Source: Candidatus Latescibacterota bacterium (GTDB lineage Bacteria > Latescibacterota > UBA2968 > GCA-2709665). Taken from it: a stretch of 64,000 bases of DNA. The DNA is taken from NCBI GenBank assembly GCA_965248435.1, contig OZ252100.1, forward strand, positions 2,176,001 to 2,240,000, in the 5' to 3' direction. Shown here in pieces: positions 18,892 to 28,878 of this stretch. The stretch's first letter is position 1; the number at the start of each line of letters is the position of its first letter. The position numbers and the translations under genes were made by a program. The notes under the pieces were generated by a model, which was not told the origin of the DNA, made no database searches, and saw only the letters and a list, made by a program, of their open reading frames with translations.

Positions 18892-21048
18892 TCACATTTC
18901 CACATATATCGGACTCGACCAGGCCCTTCCGCCATCGGTCTGCAGCACGCGGACCCAATAGGGGTTACAACCCTGCGCCAGGTCCTTATCCTGAAACGTG
19001 AAGGCTGCTTCGTGCCCGACCCCGATCGGGAGCGATTCGAACACCACCTGAATATCCACGCCGCCGCACGCCACCTTCACGGGTCCATCGGCGATCTGAC
19101 CCAGTGAAACGGAATGGTTCACGACCTGGGTCCTGAAGTCGAGCACCGCATCCGCCCGTGCATCAAGGTTCAGGATCACCCCGTCCGCATCACCGGTCGT
19201 CACCGATTTCCACGTCACCTTTCGGTCGGATGAATCCTGAATCCCCTCAGCAGGCGTGTCGAAGGCATACCCTTCCACGTCGACGATCCGTCCTTGATCG
19301 AGTGAGACTGAACCGTCCCATCTCACCAGTCGATTCCGCGCCAGAATCCGCTGTCCCGACCACGCGATCCTCACCCGGTTCGGGTCGCGTTCGACCTGCT
19401 CGGGAAAACTGTAGATCTTGTCCAGCCCCCGGAAAAGATCTACCCGTTCGATCGGCGCCGTACCCTGAACCCGCACCGAGATCTCCGGCGGGGCAATGGC
19501 CTGGAATTCCGACCCCATCGGACTTCCGTCCGCCGTCACCTCAAGGAGGGTGCGCTGGCCAGACGTCCCGTAGCATCGTCGCGCCTTCAGGGCCTCCCAG
19601 ATCCCCTCCCTCGTCAGCGTCTCCGCGAAAACGCACGTCAACCCGCCGTAGACCCCGAAAGATCCACTGCCGGGATGGGCCGCGCCGGGGCGTCCCTTGT
19701 GGTCGTCGCTTCCGGCCGTGAACCCGACGCGATATCCTTTTGCAAGGGCGTCCCGGAGAAACCACTCGAACTCTCCCCACTCCGAGTAGACCTCGATCAC
19801 CGGCTCCAGGACCGGGTCGCGCCACGCCAGGTTTGCGTAGCGTCCCCCCACGTGCGGAACCACGAGGGCCTCCTCGCCCTTCAGCGCATTGTGTAAATCC
19901 GTCACGTGTGTGCAGTCTCCGCCCGTGTCCGACTTGTCCGGGACCAACACGTGGCTGGACCGGTAAAGCGGCCCGTCATCCGCCAGGTAGTAGACGTTGC
20001 GATCCCCCCCCAGCGGCGTATTGCCGGACCACTCGTAGCCCACGAACGCAACGAACGCGCCCGGCGCGTTCTGGGAGTTTGCCTGTTTTTTGATCTCCTC
20101 CCAGACCTCCCGGGTGATCTGAAAATCGTTCCCCTGATGTCCGGCGAAGTCGATCATCGCAGAATCACGTGCGAATCGAAAGTATGAGGAGACCGGATTC
20201 GTTCCCACGGTCTCTTCACTCTGTCCGTGCAGGTCCCCCCAGAAAGGTCGATAGCGGCCCGCAGCTTCCACACAGCGCAGCGGATTCCCTTCCGCGGTCA
20301 GACCGTTTTCGAGATCTTCCACCCGGACCCTGTAAACACCGTCACGAGGTGCTTTCACACCCTCGAATCTCTTCACACCCTCATCTCCCACCCCGAACCG
20401 ATGCTCATCAGGAAGGCCCTCCAGATCCCCCGCATCGATCCGCACAGCGCCTTCATACGCGCGGCTCGGATTCCCCCAAAGATCTTCCGCCTTCACCCCC
20501 ACCCACGTCCCTTCTCCGGGTGTCGTGTTGGAGGGACACACGACCACGAGCCTGTCCGCCGGGCCGCTCTTTATCTCTACGGTCGGAGAGGGCACTTCGG
20601 TGTAGACCCACGTGCCGCACCAATCCACCGCGACGCGAAACTCGAACGCCTCCTTGCAGAACGTCTGCGCCCGGCTGCCCGGACTCCCCTGCGACCTGTC
20701 GCCCAGGGTCAGCGTCACCGTGTCGCCTTCCGACAGCGAGTCGTCGAACACGTCGATCGTCACGCAGAGCCGCCAGGGACGGACGTAGCGCTGCTTCTCG
20801 AACGCCGCGCGCAGTGATACCGGACCGGTCGTCGCGACAGATGCGTATGCCGACGCCTCTGGATCCGTAAATTGAGGCGCCTTCCAGTCACTCACATCTC
20901 GCCACGCGATCTTGATCACCCCTCCATCGTCCACCCCGTACCTGCCTGCGTGGTACGTAATCCGCCAGGTCCCTGTCGATCCAGCTACGACCGGGCCATC
21001 CGGATCGATCTCCGCCCAGCCGTAATCTCTCCTGATGTCCGAGTCCAT
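18892..21048 (-). CDS. DUF3604 / PHP-like metal-dependent hydrolase
   Basis: WGDLHGQS, GYEWS, GFTAGSDDHKGRPG, RRCYGTSG, RAWSSPI. Confidence 0.8.
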   Translation of the reverse strand: MDSDIRRDYGWAEIDPDGPVVAGSTGTWRITYHAGRYGVDDGGVIKIAWRDVSDWKAPQFTDPEASAYASVATTGPVSLRAAFEKQRYVRPWRLCVTIDVFDDSLSEGDTVTLTLGDRSQGSPGSRAQTFCKEAFEFRVAVDWCGTWVYTEVPSPTVEIKSGPADRLVVVCPSNTTPGEGTWVGVKAEDLWGNPSRAYEGAVRIDAGDLEGLPDEHRFGVGDEGVKRFEGVKAPRDGVYRVRVEDLENGLTAEGNPLRCVEAAGRYRPFWGDLHGQSEETVGTNPVSSYFRFARDSAMIDFAGHQGNDFQITREVWEEIKKQANSQNAPGAFVAFVGYEWSGNTPLGGDRNVYYLADDGPLYRSSHVLVPDKSDTGGDCTHVTDLHNALKGEEALVVPHVGGRYANLAWRDPVLEPVIEVYSEWGEFEWFLRDALAKGYRVGFTAGSDDHKGRPGAAHPGSGSFGVYGGLTCVFAETLTREGIWEALKARRCYGTSGQRTLLEVTADGSPMGSEFQAIAPPEISVRVQGTAPIERVDLFRGLDKIYSFPEQVERDPNRVRIAWSGQRILARNRLVRWDGSVSLDQGRIVDVEGYAFDTPAEGIQDSSDRKVTWKSVTTGDADGVILNLDARADAVLDFRTQVVNHSVSLGQIADGPVKVACGGVDIQVVFESLPIGVGHEAAFTFQDKDLAQGCNPYWVRVLQTDGGRAWSSPIYVEM

Positions 21049-21140
21049 TTCACTCCTTTTTCCGGCCTGAATCGATTTCGAAAGGATCTATGATACGTAT
21101 TATTGAGAGTGCTGGCAAAGTCATTCACCTTTCCTAAAGG

Positions 21141-21230
21141 CAGACCGCGGGACGACGGACGGCAGACCGCCGGATAGAATGCACTTGATTTTCAAGGTTT
21201 AAGCGGTCTGTGGTCAGCCGTCTGCGGTCA
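21141..21230. repeat. Inverted heptamer arrays (CAGACCG/CGGTCTG family) around a short spacer
   Basis: GCAGACCGC...GGCAGACCGC spacer GCGGTCTG...TGCGGTC; related at 43766-43860, 48277-48364, 54963-55033. Confidence 0.7.
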
Positions 21231-21333
21231 ATTACTGCGTCTTCCTAAAAGAACCTTATGCTTGACCCCTTATTTCATCTGGGTTACCTTTTCCACCGAG
21301 TTGGATTTCTCACGTGCCCTTCTCTTCGCGCCT

Positions 21334-21582
21334 ATGACATCCAAGCCTCCGATCGTCAGAATATACTCAAAACCGGACTGCCATCTCTGCGACATCGCAA
21401 AGGAACGCGTCGTTAACGTGCGTCGACGGGTCGACTTCGATCTCCAGGTCGTGGACATCTCGACCGATCCGGAGCTCCTCGAGAAGTATGAACAGCGCAT
21501 CCCCGTCGTCACGATCGACGGTGAAGAGGCCTTCGTCTACCGCGTGAGCGAAAAGCAGCTCGAAAAGAGACTCTCCGGATGA
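21334..21582 (+). CDS. Glutaredoxin-like protein (DUF836 type)
   Basis: YSKPDCHLC, IPVV cis-Pro motif; about 82 aa. Confidence 0.9.
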   Translation: MTSKPPIVRIYSKPDCHLCDIAKERVVNVRRRVDFDLQVVDISTDPELLEKYEQRIPVVTIDGEEAFVYRVSEKQLEKRLSG

Positions 21583-21947
21583 ACCTCTCCGAACCCGAAA
21601 AAGTCGCCGTCCTCCTCATCGCCCTGGGGCGAGAGCGGGCAGAAAAGATCCTGAATCAGCTCGGCCCGGACGATCTGGTCACCATCATCGATGCGATGAA
21701 AAACGTAAAGAACGTTACGGCCGAAGTCCGCCGCGCCGTCCTGGAAGAGGTGAATGAGATCCTCCTCGATCCGGGCACTGCTTCAGAGACCGGCGGCGGG
21801 CCGTCCAAAAGGCGAGAGATCCTGGGACGCATCCAACCACTCCTCCCCGATCGAATCGAGCCTGACGGGATCGACTGGGATGCTGCGGGGTTCGACTTCG
21901 GGGATCCCTGGCCCCGGCGTCCCCCCCCTCCGGATGACGAATCATGA
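21579..21947 (+). CDS. Small protein with a FliG N-terminal-like domain
   Basis: LSEPEKVAVLLIALGRERAEKILNQL resembles the FliG N-terminus (LTGxEKAAILLLSLGEExAAEVLKHL); only 122 aa. Confidence 0.6.
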   Translation: MNLSEPEKVAVLLIALGRERAEKILNQLGPDDLVTIIDAMKNVKNVTAEVRRAVLEEVNEILLDPGTASETGGGPSKRREILGRIQPLLPDRIEPDGIDWDAAGFDFGDPWPRRPPPPDDES

Positions 21948-23314
21948 GCTCGGAGGACCTCTTCTACCCGTCCCCGCCCGAAGCCCCTCTGGCGGACCGC
22001 ATGCGTCCCCGAACACTAGACGAAGTCTGGGGACAGGATCACCTCGTCGGTCCCTATGCACCGCTCCGACAGATGATCGAGTCCGATCACCTGCCCTCCA
22101 TCATCTTCTGGGGTCCGCCCGGGTCCGGGAAGACCACGCTTGCCCGTATCATGGCACACGTCACGAAGAGTCGCTTCGTCGCCTTCAGCGCTGTCACCTC
22201 CGGCGTGAAGGAGGTCAGGGGGATCGTCGCTGAGGCCAAGGAAGAGCGTCGTGTTGGACGACAGACCATCCTCTTCGTCGACGAGATCCACCGGTTCAAC
22301 CGCGCGCAGCAGGACGCCTTCCTGCCGCACGTGGAAGACGGCACGATCGTCCTGATCGGTGCCACGACCCTCAATCCCTCGTTCGAGATCAACGCCGCCC
22401 TCCTTTCGCGAACGCGTGTCTTCGTCTTGAACCCCCTCGAGCCGGATGCGATTCGAAAGGTTTTGGATCAGGCCCTTTCCGATTCCGAGCGTGGGTTGGC
22501 CCCCTTCAAAGCAGATCCGGACGCCCTCGACCTGATCGCGAATGTTGCCGAAGGGGACGCGCGCCGCGCCCTCAACACCCTCGAAGTGGCCACGACCTCG
22601 CTCGGACAGGAACCGGAGCGGAATGGAAAGGTCACCGTCCAGACCGTGGAAAGGATCCTGGGACACAAGTCCCTCCTCTACGACAAATCCGGCGAGGAAC
22701 ATTACAACCTGATCTCCGCCTTTCACAAAAGCCTGCGGGGCAGCGACCCGCAGGCCTCGCTCTACTGGCTGGCCCGGATGATGGAGGCTGGCGAAGACCC
22801 GCACTACATCCTGAGGCGGATGATTCGCTTCGCCTCCGAAGACGTCGGCAACGCCGATCCCCGCGCCCTTTCCGTCTCGATTGCGGCCAGGGAGTCCTAC
22901 GACTTCCTCGGCAGTCCGGAAGGGGACCTCGCCATCGCGCAGGCCACGGTATACCTGGCTACAGCCCACAAAAGTAATGCGGTCTACGCGGCCTATGGAG
23001 AGGCCCGTCACGACGTTCAGGAGCAACCCAACCTCCCCGTCCCACTCCACATCCGAAACGCGTCGACCTCGCTGATGAAGGAACTGGGCTACGGGGAAGG
23101 CTACCGCTACGCCCACGTTGACCCGGATGCCTACCTGCCTCAGGACTACCTCCCGGATAACCTCAGGGGCCGCAAGTACTACGCGCCGACGGACCGCGGC
23201 TACGAGCAGCGAATCGGGGAGTTGATGGCGTGGTGGGAGGGGCTCAGAAGACAGAAGTCAGGCCCCGGAATTCCGGATTCGGAAGAGGGCGGAAGTGCGC
23301 ATTCTCATGAATGA
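21944..23314 (+). CDS. rarA: Replication-associated recombination protein A (RarA/MgsA)
   Basis: PLADRMRP, GPPGSGKTT, FVDEIHRFN, ISAFHKSLRGSD, ASEDVGNADP. Confidence 0.96.
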   Translation: MSSEDLFYPSPPEAPLADRMRPRTLDEVWGQDHLVGPYAPLRQMIESDHLPSIIFWGPPGSGKTTLARIMAHVTKSRFVAFSAVTSGVKEVRGIVAEAKEERRVGRQTILFVDEIHRFNRAQQDAFLPHVEDGTIVLIGATTLNPSFEINAALLSRTRVFVLNPLEPDAIRKVLDQALSDSERGLAPFKADPDALDLIANVAEGDARRALNTLEVATTSLGQEPERNGKVTVQTVERILGHKSLLYDKSGEEHYNLISAFHKSLRGSDPQASLYWLARMMEAGEDPHYILRRMIRFASEDVGNADPRALSVSIAARESYDFLGSPEGDLAIAQATVYLATAHKSNAVYAAYGEARHDVQEQPNLPVPLHIRNASTSLMKELGYGEGYRYAHVDPDAYLPQDYLPDNLRGRKYYAPTDRGYEQRIGELMAWWEGLRRQKSGPGIPDSEEGGSAHSHE

Positions 23315-23344
23315 CGAAATCCTCCGCTCTGTCTCCTGACCATC

Positions 23345-24220
23345 GTGGTCGCCCTTATCCTCATCGTAGGCGTCGCCTCCTCCTCTGCCGCGGCCATCCT
23401 CGTCAGACTCTGTGACGCACCCCCCCTCGTCATCGCGACCTACCGGCTGGGCATCTCCGCCTGTATTGTTCTTCCCCTGGCGATCCTGAAGTACCGAAAT
23501 CACCTCATCTCTACAACCCCTCGAGAGCGACTTACCCTGCTGCTCAGCGGCGGCTGCCTGGGCATCCACTTCGCGTTCTGGATCACCTCACTCTTCCATA
23601 CCTCGGTCGCCAGTGCGGTATTCCTCGTCTGCACGAACCCCATTTTCGTCGCCATCGGCGGCTGGCTTTTCCTCAAGGAGAAGATGAGCCCCGCTCAAGC
23701 CCTCGGTACGGCCGTTGCCCTCGCGGGCGTGGGCATCGTCGCGCGCAGCGATCTGGGTTCCGGCGAGCACGGCCTTTTTGGAGACCTGCTCGCGCTCGCG
23801 GGCGCGGCCTTAATGTCAGCTTACCTGCTGATCGGTCGCGCTCAGCGGCCCAACCTCGGCCTCGTCCCCTACATCACAGGCGTCTACTCGACCGCTGCGG
23901 TAGTGCTCATCCTCCTGACCTTGGCGGAGGGCCATCCGTTCACCGGTTACAGCCGCCAGACCTATCTGCTTTTCCTGCTGCTCGCACTCGTCCCCCAGAT
24001 CCTCGGCCACGGCTCCATCAACTATGCCCTGAGCCGAGTCTCTCCCTCCGTCATCGCACTCGCCTTTCTGGGCGAGCCGATCGGCAGTTCGGTCCTGGCC
24101 TACTTCGTGCTGGACGAGGCCCCGACCCTGCTGCTGATGGCCGGCTCCGTTGTCATCCTCTTCGGCATCGGACTGGCGACCTGGCCTCGGGCCAGTAAAC
24201 CCGTATTTCGTATCTCGTGA
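23345..24220 (+). CDS. DMT/EamA family transporter (true start may be ATG 23311 with an early frameshift)
   Basis: About 10 TM segments; HFAFWITSL, PQILGH, LGEP motifs. Confidence 0.88.
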   Translation: MVALILIVGVASSSAAAILVRLCDAPPLVIATYRLGISACIVLPLAILKYRNHLISTTPRERLTLLLSGGCLGIHFAFWITSLFHTSVASAVFLVCTNPIFVAIGGWLFLKEKMSPAQALGTAVALAGVGIVARSDLGSGEHGLFGDLLALAGAALMSAYLLIGRAQRPNLGLVPYITGVYSTAAVVLILLTLAEGHPFTGYSRQTYLLFLLLALVPQILGHGSINYALSRVSPSVIALAFLGEPIGSSVLAYFVLDEAPTLLLMAGSVVILFGIGLATWPRASKPVFRIS

Positions 24221-24474
24221 AGCGTATCTCGTAATTCCGTCGTTCGTCTCAGGTCGCGTCCTGTAGGACACGACCGACTCGTCTTTCGCAGACCCCTCCC
24301 TCGCTAGAGCAATCCACCCTGGCGAAATCAACGTCCTCCGATAATTCACTGTGACCCTCGCTGCGCCCCCTTCCCTTTAGGGAAGGGGGCCGGGGGATAT
24401 GTCCGAGATACGAAAAAATCGGGCGCCCAGTCCTGAGCGCCCGATCGACTTGCAACAACGATCCATTCGGCCGA

Positions 24475-24807
24475 TCACATAGGAGCGACCAGTTTCTCCC
24501 GTAAGACAAACAGCGAGATCGCAACGACCGCGCTGAGCACCAGGACGATCCCCGCCGGCATCACCTTGCGCGTCCGGATCAGTCTGCTCAAGAATACACC
24601 CGCCAAGAGCACGGCCAGCATCCCGCCGATCAGGAATCCCTGGGCCGGATCATTCTGGCTCGTCCGCAGGGCAAGAAGCGCCGCGAGCCCGCTGAGGCTT
24701 CCGGCAATAAGGGAGACCGTGCTGCCCGCCTTCAGTTTTCCCATGATCCCTCCCAGGATCAGCAGGAGGGCGTATACGCCCAGGATGATTTGCCCTGCCT
24801 CCAGCAT
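24475..24807 (-). CDS. TMEM14 family small membrane protein
   Basis: YALLLILGGIMG..KAGSTVSLIAG and KVMPAG motifs. Confidence 0.85.
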   Translation of the reverse strand: MLEAGQIILGVYALLLILGGIMGKLKAGSTVSLIAGSLSGLAALLALRTSQNDPAQGFLIGGMLAVLLAGVFLSRLIRTRKVMPAGIVLVLSAVVAISLFVLREKLVAPM

Positions 24808-24851
24808 ATTTTCCTCCTAACTCACGAAACGCTTCGCCAAGTCACCCCAGG

Positions 24852-26051
24852 CTACAAACCTGGGTCCTGTCTGATAACGCCGGCCTCGCTCAGCCGCTCG
24901 ATTTCCTGGGTCGAACACCCAAATGAGTCCAGCACCTCGTCTGTGTGTTGACCTAAGGTCGGCGCAGGCAGCCGGACGGTCGCAGGTGTCTCGGAAAGCT
25001 TCGTCGGAACGCCGATGTTCCGGACCGGACCGGCGATAGGGTGTTCCAGCTCCACGACCATCTCCCGTGCCTGGACGTGCGGGTCAGCGTAGACTTCCTC
25101 CATGTCACTGATCGGACCGCACGGCAGGCCGGAATCCCTGAGCAGATCCAGCCAGCGCTCCGTCGTGCTCGCCTTGAAGGTCTCTTCCAGGATTCTGGTC
25201 AGTTCCTTCACGTTTTTCATCCGGTCCGCGTTGCTCCCGAACCTGGGATCCTGAATCAGGTCCGTTCGCCCGATCGCCTTGCAGAGTCGCTCCCAGTTCG
25301 CCTGGTTGGGTGCGCCGAGCGTGATGTGTCCGTCACTCGTCGAAAACGCCTGGTAAGGGGCACCGAGTTGATGGGCGGAGCCCAATCGTTTCGGGGCGAC
25401 CCCGCTGGCAAAGAACATGGCCGATTCCCAAATCGTATACGCGATGCCCGCCTCCAGGAGCGACGTATCCACGTGCTGTCCCTGCCCGGTCTTCTGTCGA
25501 CTCACGAGGGCACAGACAATGCCGAAGGCTCCGTAGGCACCCGCGTTCAGATCGGTGATCGGTACACCCACCTTGGCCGGCGGTGAATCCGGATGCCCGG
25601 TTAAGCTCATCAGGCCGCTCATCCCCTGGGCAATCAAGTCGAATCCAGGACGATCCCGGTAGGGGCCCGTCATCCCGAACCCGGAAATCGAGCAGTAGAT
25701 CAGTGAACCGTTCACTTCTCTCAGATCGTCGTAGCCCAAACCCAGTCGGTCCAGCGCCCCCGGGCGCAGGTTCTGGACGAACACATCCGCCTGGGCTGCC
25801 ATGCGCCTCAGCAGTTCGGCACCCGCTCCCTGCTTCAGGTCGATCACGATGCTTCGCTTGTTGCGATTGATTCCCAGAAACGCCGCCGACTCCCCGTTCA
25901 CAAATGGAGGCCCAAAGCGTCTGATATCGTCGCCGTCGGGCTTTTCGATCTTCACGACATCTGCACCCATGTCTGCAAGCAGCATCGTGCAGAACGGCCC
26001 CGCCATCATCTGCGTGCAGTCCAGCACCCGTATGCCATCCAGCGGCCCCAT
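24852..26051 (-). CDS. CaiB/BaiF family III CoA-transferase
   Basis: PLDGIRVLD, AGPFCTMLLADMGADVVKIE, NRNKRS, catalytic Asp in PITDL, APTLGQHT. Confidence 0.95.
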   Translation of the reverse strand: MGPLDGIRVLDCTQMMAGPFCTMLLADMGADVVKIEKPDGDDIRRFGPPFVNGESAAFLGINRNKRSIVIDLKQGAGAELLRRMAAQADVFVQNLRPGALDRLGLGYDDLREVNGSLIYCSISGFGMTGPYRDRPGFDLIAQGMSGLMSLTGHPDSPPAKVGVPITDLNAGAYGAFGIVCALVSRQKTGQGQHVDTSLLEAGIAYTIWESAMFFASGVAPKRLGSAHQLGAPYQAFSTSDGHITLGAPNQANWERLCKAIGRTDLIQDPRFGSNADRMKNVKELTRILEETFKASTTERWLDLLRDSGLPCGPISDMEEVYADPHVQAREMVVELEHPIAGPVRNIGVPTKLSETPATVRLPAPTLGQHTDEVLDSFGCSTQEIERLSEAGVIRQDPGL

Positions 26052-26136
26052 AGGCGTCGTTCGTTGTTCGTCGTTCGTTGATCGTTCTGGAGAATCAGCC
26101 AATCCGCAATCCCCAATCCGCAATCCGCAATGCAAT

Positions 26137-26925
26137 TCACCTGCCTTTGAAATTCGCCTTCCGTCTTTCTTTGAACGCCCGTCTCCCCTCTTGATAATCT
26201 TCGGTATCCATGAAAAACAGGGGCAGACCCTCCTGGTCCGGCGTCAAACCCGAGAGACCGGGGTTTCGCAAGACCGTTCGAAGGATCTCCTTTTGATGCC
26301 GGTGCGACAGGGGGGCAAGGGAAGCGATTTCGCCAGCCAGCTCCGAAACGAACGCGTCGATCTCATCCAAAGGAAGCACCCTGTTCACGAGCCCGACCCG
26401 CAGCGCATCCTGCGCATCCAGCAGCCGCCCCGTCAACAGGATGTAAGAGGCGTTCGTCGAACCCACGATGTTCACGAGGCGCCGCATCTCATCGTAACCG
26501 ACAGCGATGCCCAGCTTCGCGGTCGGAATCCCGAACCGACTGCTATCGTCTGCGATCCGGATATCCCCCGCGACCGAAAGCTCGCATCCGCCGCCCAGAC
26601 AGTATCCTTTGATCGAACAGATCGAAGGTTTGGGCAGCGCCTCGATCGCATCCACGGCAGATCCGAACACATTTGCGTAATCTTTGGCTTGTTCGGGTGT
26701 GCTCCTGCGGCGATCGAAATCCACGATGTCAGCGCCGGCGGAAAACGCTTTGTCTCCCTTTCCTGTAAAGATCACCACACGCACGTCATCATCTACGGCC
26801 AGCGCGTTCGTCACCCGCGCGAGGTCAAGCCATCCCTCGTAATCGATCGCATTTCGTTTCTCCGGACTGTCGAACGTCACGGTCGCGACCCGATCCCGCT
26901 TTTCTACCAGAATACGGCTTTCCAT
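26137..26925 (-). CDS. Enoyl-CoA hydratase/isomerase (crotonase) family protein
   Basis: KRNA, AFSAGADI, GYCLGGG, DYQEGRRAF. Confidence 0.92.
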   Translation of the reverse strand: MESRILVEKRDRVATVTFDSPEKRNAIDYEGWLDLARVTNALAVDDDVRVVIFTGKGDKAFSAGADIVDFDRRRSTPEQAKDYANVFGSAVDAIEALPKPSICSIKGYCLGGGCELSVAGDIRIADDSSRFGIPTAKLGIAVGYDEMRRLVNIVGSTNASYILLTGRLLDAQDALRVGLVNRVLPLDEIDAFVSELAGEIASLAPLSHRHQKEILRTVLRNPGLSGLTPDQEGLPLFFMDTEDYQEGRRAFKERRKANFKGR

Positions 26926-26941
26926 ATCACACCTTTCATTG

Positions 26942-27742
26942 TCAGGCCTCTGCAAACGACCCCACCTGTGGGATCCTGTTGATCAATCCAAGCTCGAATG
27001 CATATTCGTAGAAAAGTCGGAGCCCTTCCCGTTCTCGTTCTCCAACGTCATAACTGATGCGACGCGTCAGGTAGGCTTCATAGAATTCCGATGAGTAGAG
27101 ATTGGACGCCGCCCACACCCTGGCGATCTCGGGGATCATTCCCACGCCCAGTGCTTTCGCCTCGGTCAGCCACTTCACCTCATCGGGCCCCGCAGAACCT
27201 GACCTCCCAGTCCAGCAGGCGTAAACGAACGGAAGCCCCGTGAGTTCCGACCACGCCTCACCCAGATCGAGCAAGCGATACTTACGTGGATCCAGCCCAA
27301 GGGCCGAGTCACCGATCAGGAGTGCGGCATCGCTTCTGTCCAGCATCTGTTTCAAGTCGGGAGGACTCTCAAAGACTTCGGGTCGATGCCCGTAGACCTT
27401 GTCGAAGACGATCTGGCAAAGCGCGGAGGAGGCCCGAGAGTTGGCGTCCAGTGCCAGGGTTCGAACCTCGGCTGGGTCCTTCTTCAGCACCAGGACAACA
27501 CTTTGCACCGGACCGAATGAAGCGATTCCGATGCCCGGAACCATGTTGTACGACTCGCGGGCGCGACCGATTTCAATCGAGGGGATCAGGGCGATATCTG
27601 TCTCGCCTCGATGAAGACGCTCTGCACAGCTGGAAGGGACATCGTAGATGAGGTCGAACGAATGGGAGACGTCACCCGACTCGAGGGCGTGCACTAGAGG
27701 CCGGGTGTTGAGGAAGGAGACGACGCCGAGACGCGGGGGCAT
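26942..27742 (-). CDS. mqnA: Chorismate dehydratase (futalosine pathway)
   Basis: VSFLNTRP, LLIGDSAL, DLGEAWSELTGLPFVYACW; adjacent to mqnC/mqnE. Confidence 0.92.
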   Translation of the reverse strand: MPPRLGVVSFLNTRPLVHALESGDVSHSFDLIYDVPSSCAERLHRGETDIALIPSIEIGRARESYNMVPGIGIASFGPVQSVVLVLKKDPAEVRTLALDANSRASSALCQIVFDKVYGHRPEVFESPPDLKQMLDRSDAALLIGDSALGLDPRKYRLLDLGEAWSELTGLPFVYACWTGRSGSAGPDEVKWLTEAKALGVGMIPEIARVWAASNLYSSEFYEAYLTRRISYDVGEREREGLRLFYEYAFELGLINRIPQVGSFAEA

Positions 27743-27752
27743 CCGGAGGCCT

Positions 27753-28853
27753 TTAGTTCAGCAGCTCGTAGCGGGTGTTCCTCCGAACCGGTTCATACCC
27801 GGCATCCCGGATGAGGCGCTGCATTTCCGGCAGCGTCATCTCGTTCGTATGACTCGTCCCGGCCGCGCTCACGACGTTCTCTTCCATCATTGTGCTGCCG
27901 AAGTCATTCACGCCATACCGCAGGGAGACCTGTGCGATCTTCGCGCCCTGAGTGACCCAGGAGGCCTGGATGCTCGGGATGTTGTCGAGGAAGATCCGGG
28001 AGACCGCGATCGTCCGGAGATAATCATAGCCCGTGGCCTTCCGCCCGTTCCAGCGACCGGGATCGGCGCCCAGATCGGTCTGGTCGGGCTGGAAGTTCCA
28101 GGCGATAAACGCCGTCATCCCGTCCGTCTCGTCCTGCAGGTCGCGAACCAGCTCGAGGTGCTCCATCCGCTGCTCTATGCTCTCGACGTGACCGTACATC
28201 ATCGTCGCGGTCGTGTGCAGGCCCAACTTGTGGGCGATTCGGTGAACGTCCAGCCACTCGTGAACCCGATCCTTGCGGAACCCGATGATATCACGGACTT
28301 CGTCGGAAAGAATCTCAGCACCGGCACCCGGGATCGAGTCCAGGCCCGCATCCCGCAGGCGCCCGATGCAGTCTTCCAGGGTCAGTTTCGAGATATGGGC
28401 GATGTAAACGATCTCCGTGGCAGACAGACAGTGCTGATGGACCTGGGGATATCGCTCTCGAATGGAGGCGTGCAGGTCTTCATAGTAGTCGATCTTCAGC
28501 TTGGGATTCAGGCCTCCCTGCATGAGAATCTCATTCGACTTCGGGGAATCGCCGCCGACTGCCACCATCTCATCGATCTTTTCGAAGATCTCCTCCATCG
28601 GCAGCACATACCCTTCCTCGGAACCGGGAGGACGATAAAACGCACAGAAATCGCACCGAACCCAGCAGACGTTCGTGTAGTTAATATTCCGCCCGATGTT
28701 GTAGGTCACCGAATCGTGCTGGTGTTTTCGCTCGCGAACCCGATCGGCGAGGCCTCCGAGTTCGGTCAGGTTCGGGTGCGCCATGAGTCTCAGTCCCTCC
28801 TCGACCGAGATCCGCTCCCCGTTTTGCACTTTTTCTGAGATGTCGTCGATCAT
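27753..28853 (-). CDS. mqnC: Cyclic dehypoxanthinyl futalosine synthase (radical SAM)
   Basis: RNINYTNVCWVRCDFCAF, LMQGG, IQASWVTQG, DFGSTMMEENVV; start placed at MIDDIS. Confidence 0.92.
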   Translation of the reverse strand: MIDDISEKVQNGERISVEEGLRLMAHPNLTELGGLADRVRERKHQHDSVTYNIGRNINYTNVCWVRCDFCAFYRPPGSEEGYVLPMEEIFEKIDEMVAVGGDSPKSNEILMQGGLNPKLKIDYYEDLHASIRERYPQVHQHCLSATEIVYIAHISKLTLEDCIGRLRDAGLDSIPGAGAEILSDEVRDIIGFRKDRVHEWLDVHRIAHKLGLHTTATMMYGHVESIEQRMEHLELVRDLQDETDGMTAFIAWNFQPDQTDLGADPGRWNGRKATGYDYLRTIAVSRIFLDNIPSIQASWVTQGAKIAQVSLRYGVNDFGSTMMEENVVSAAGTSHTNEMTLPEMQRLIRDAGYEPVRRNTRYELLN

Positions 28854-28878
28854 CACGTTCGCCTTCGCGCGTGACCCA

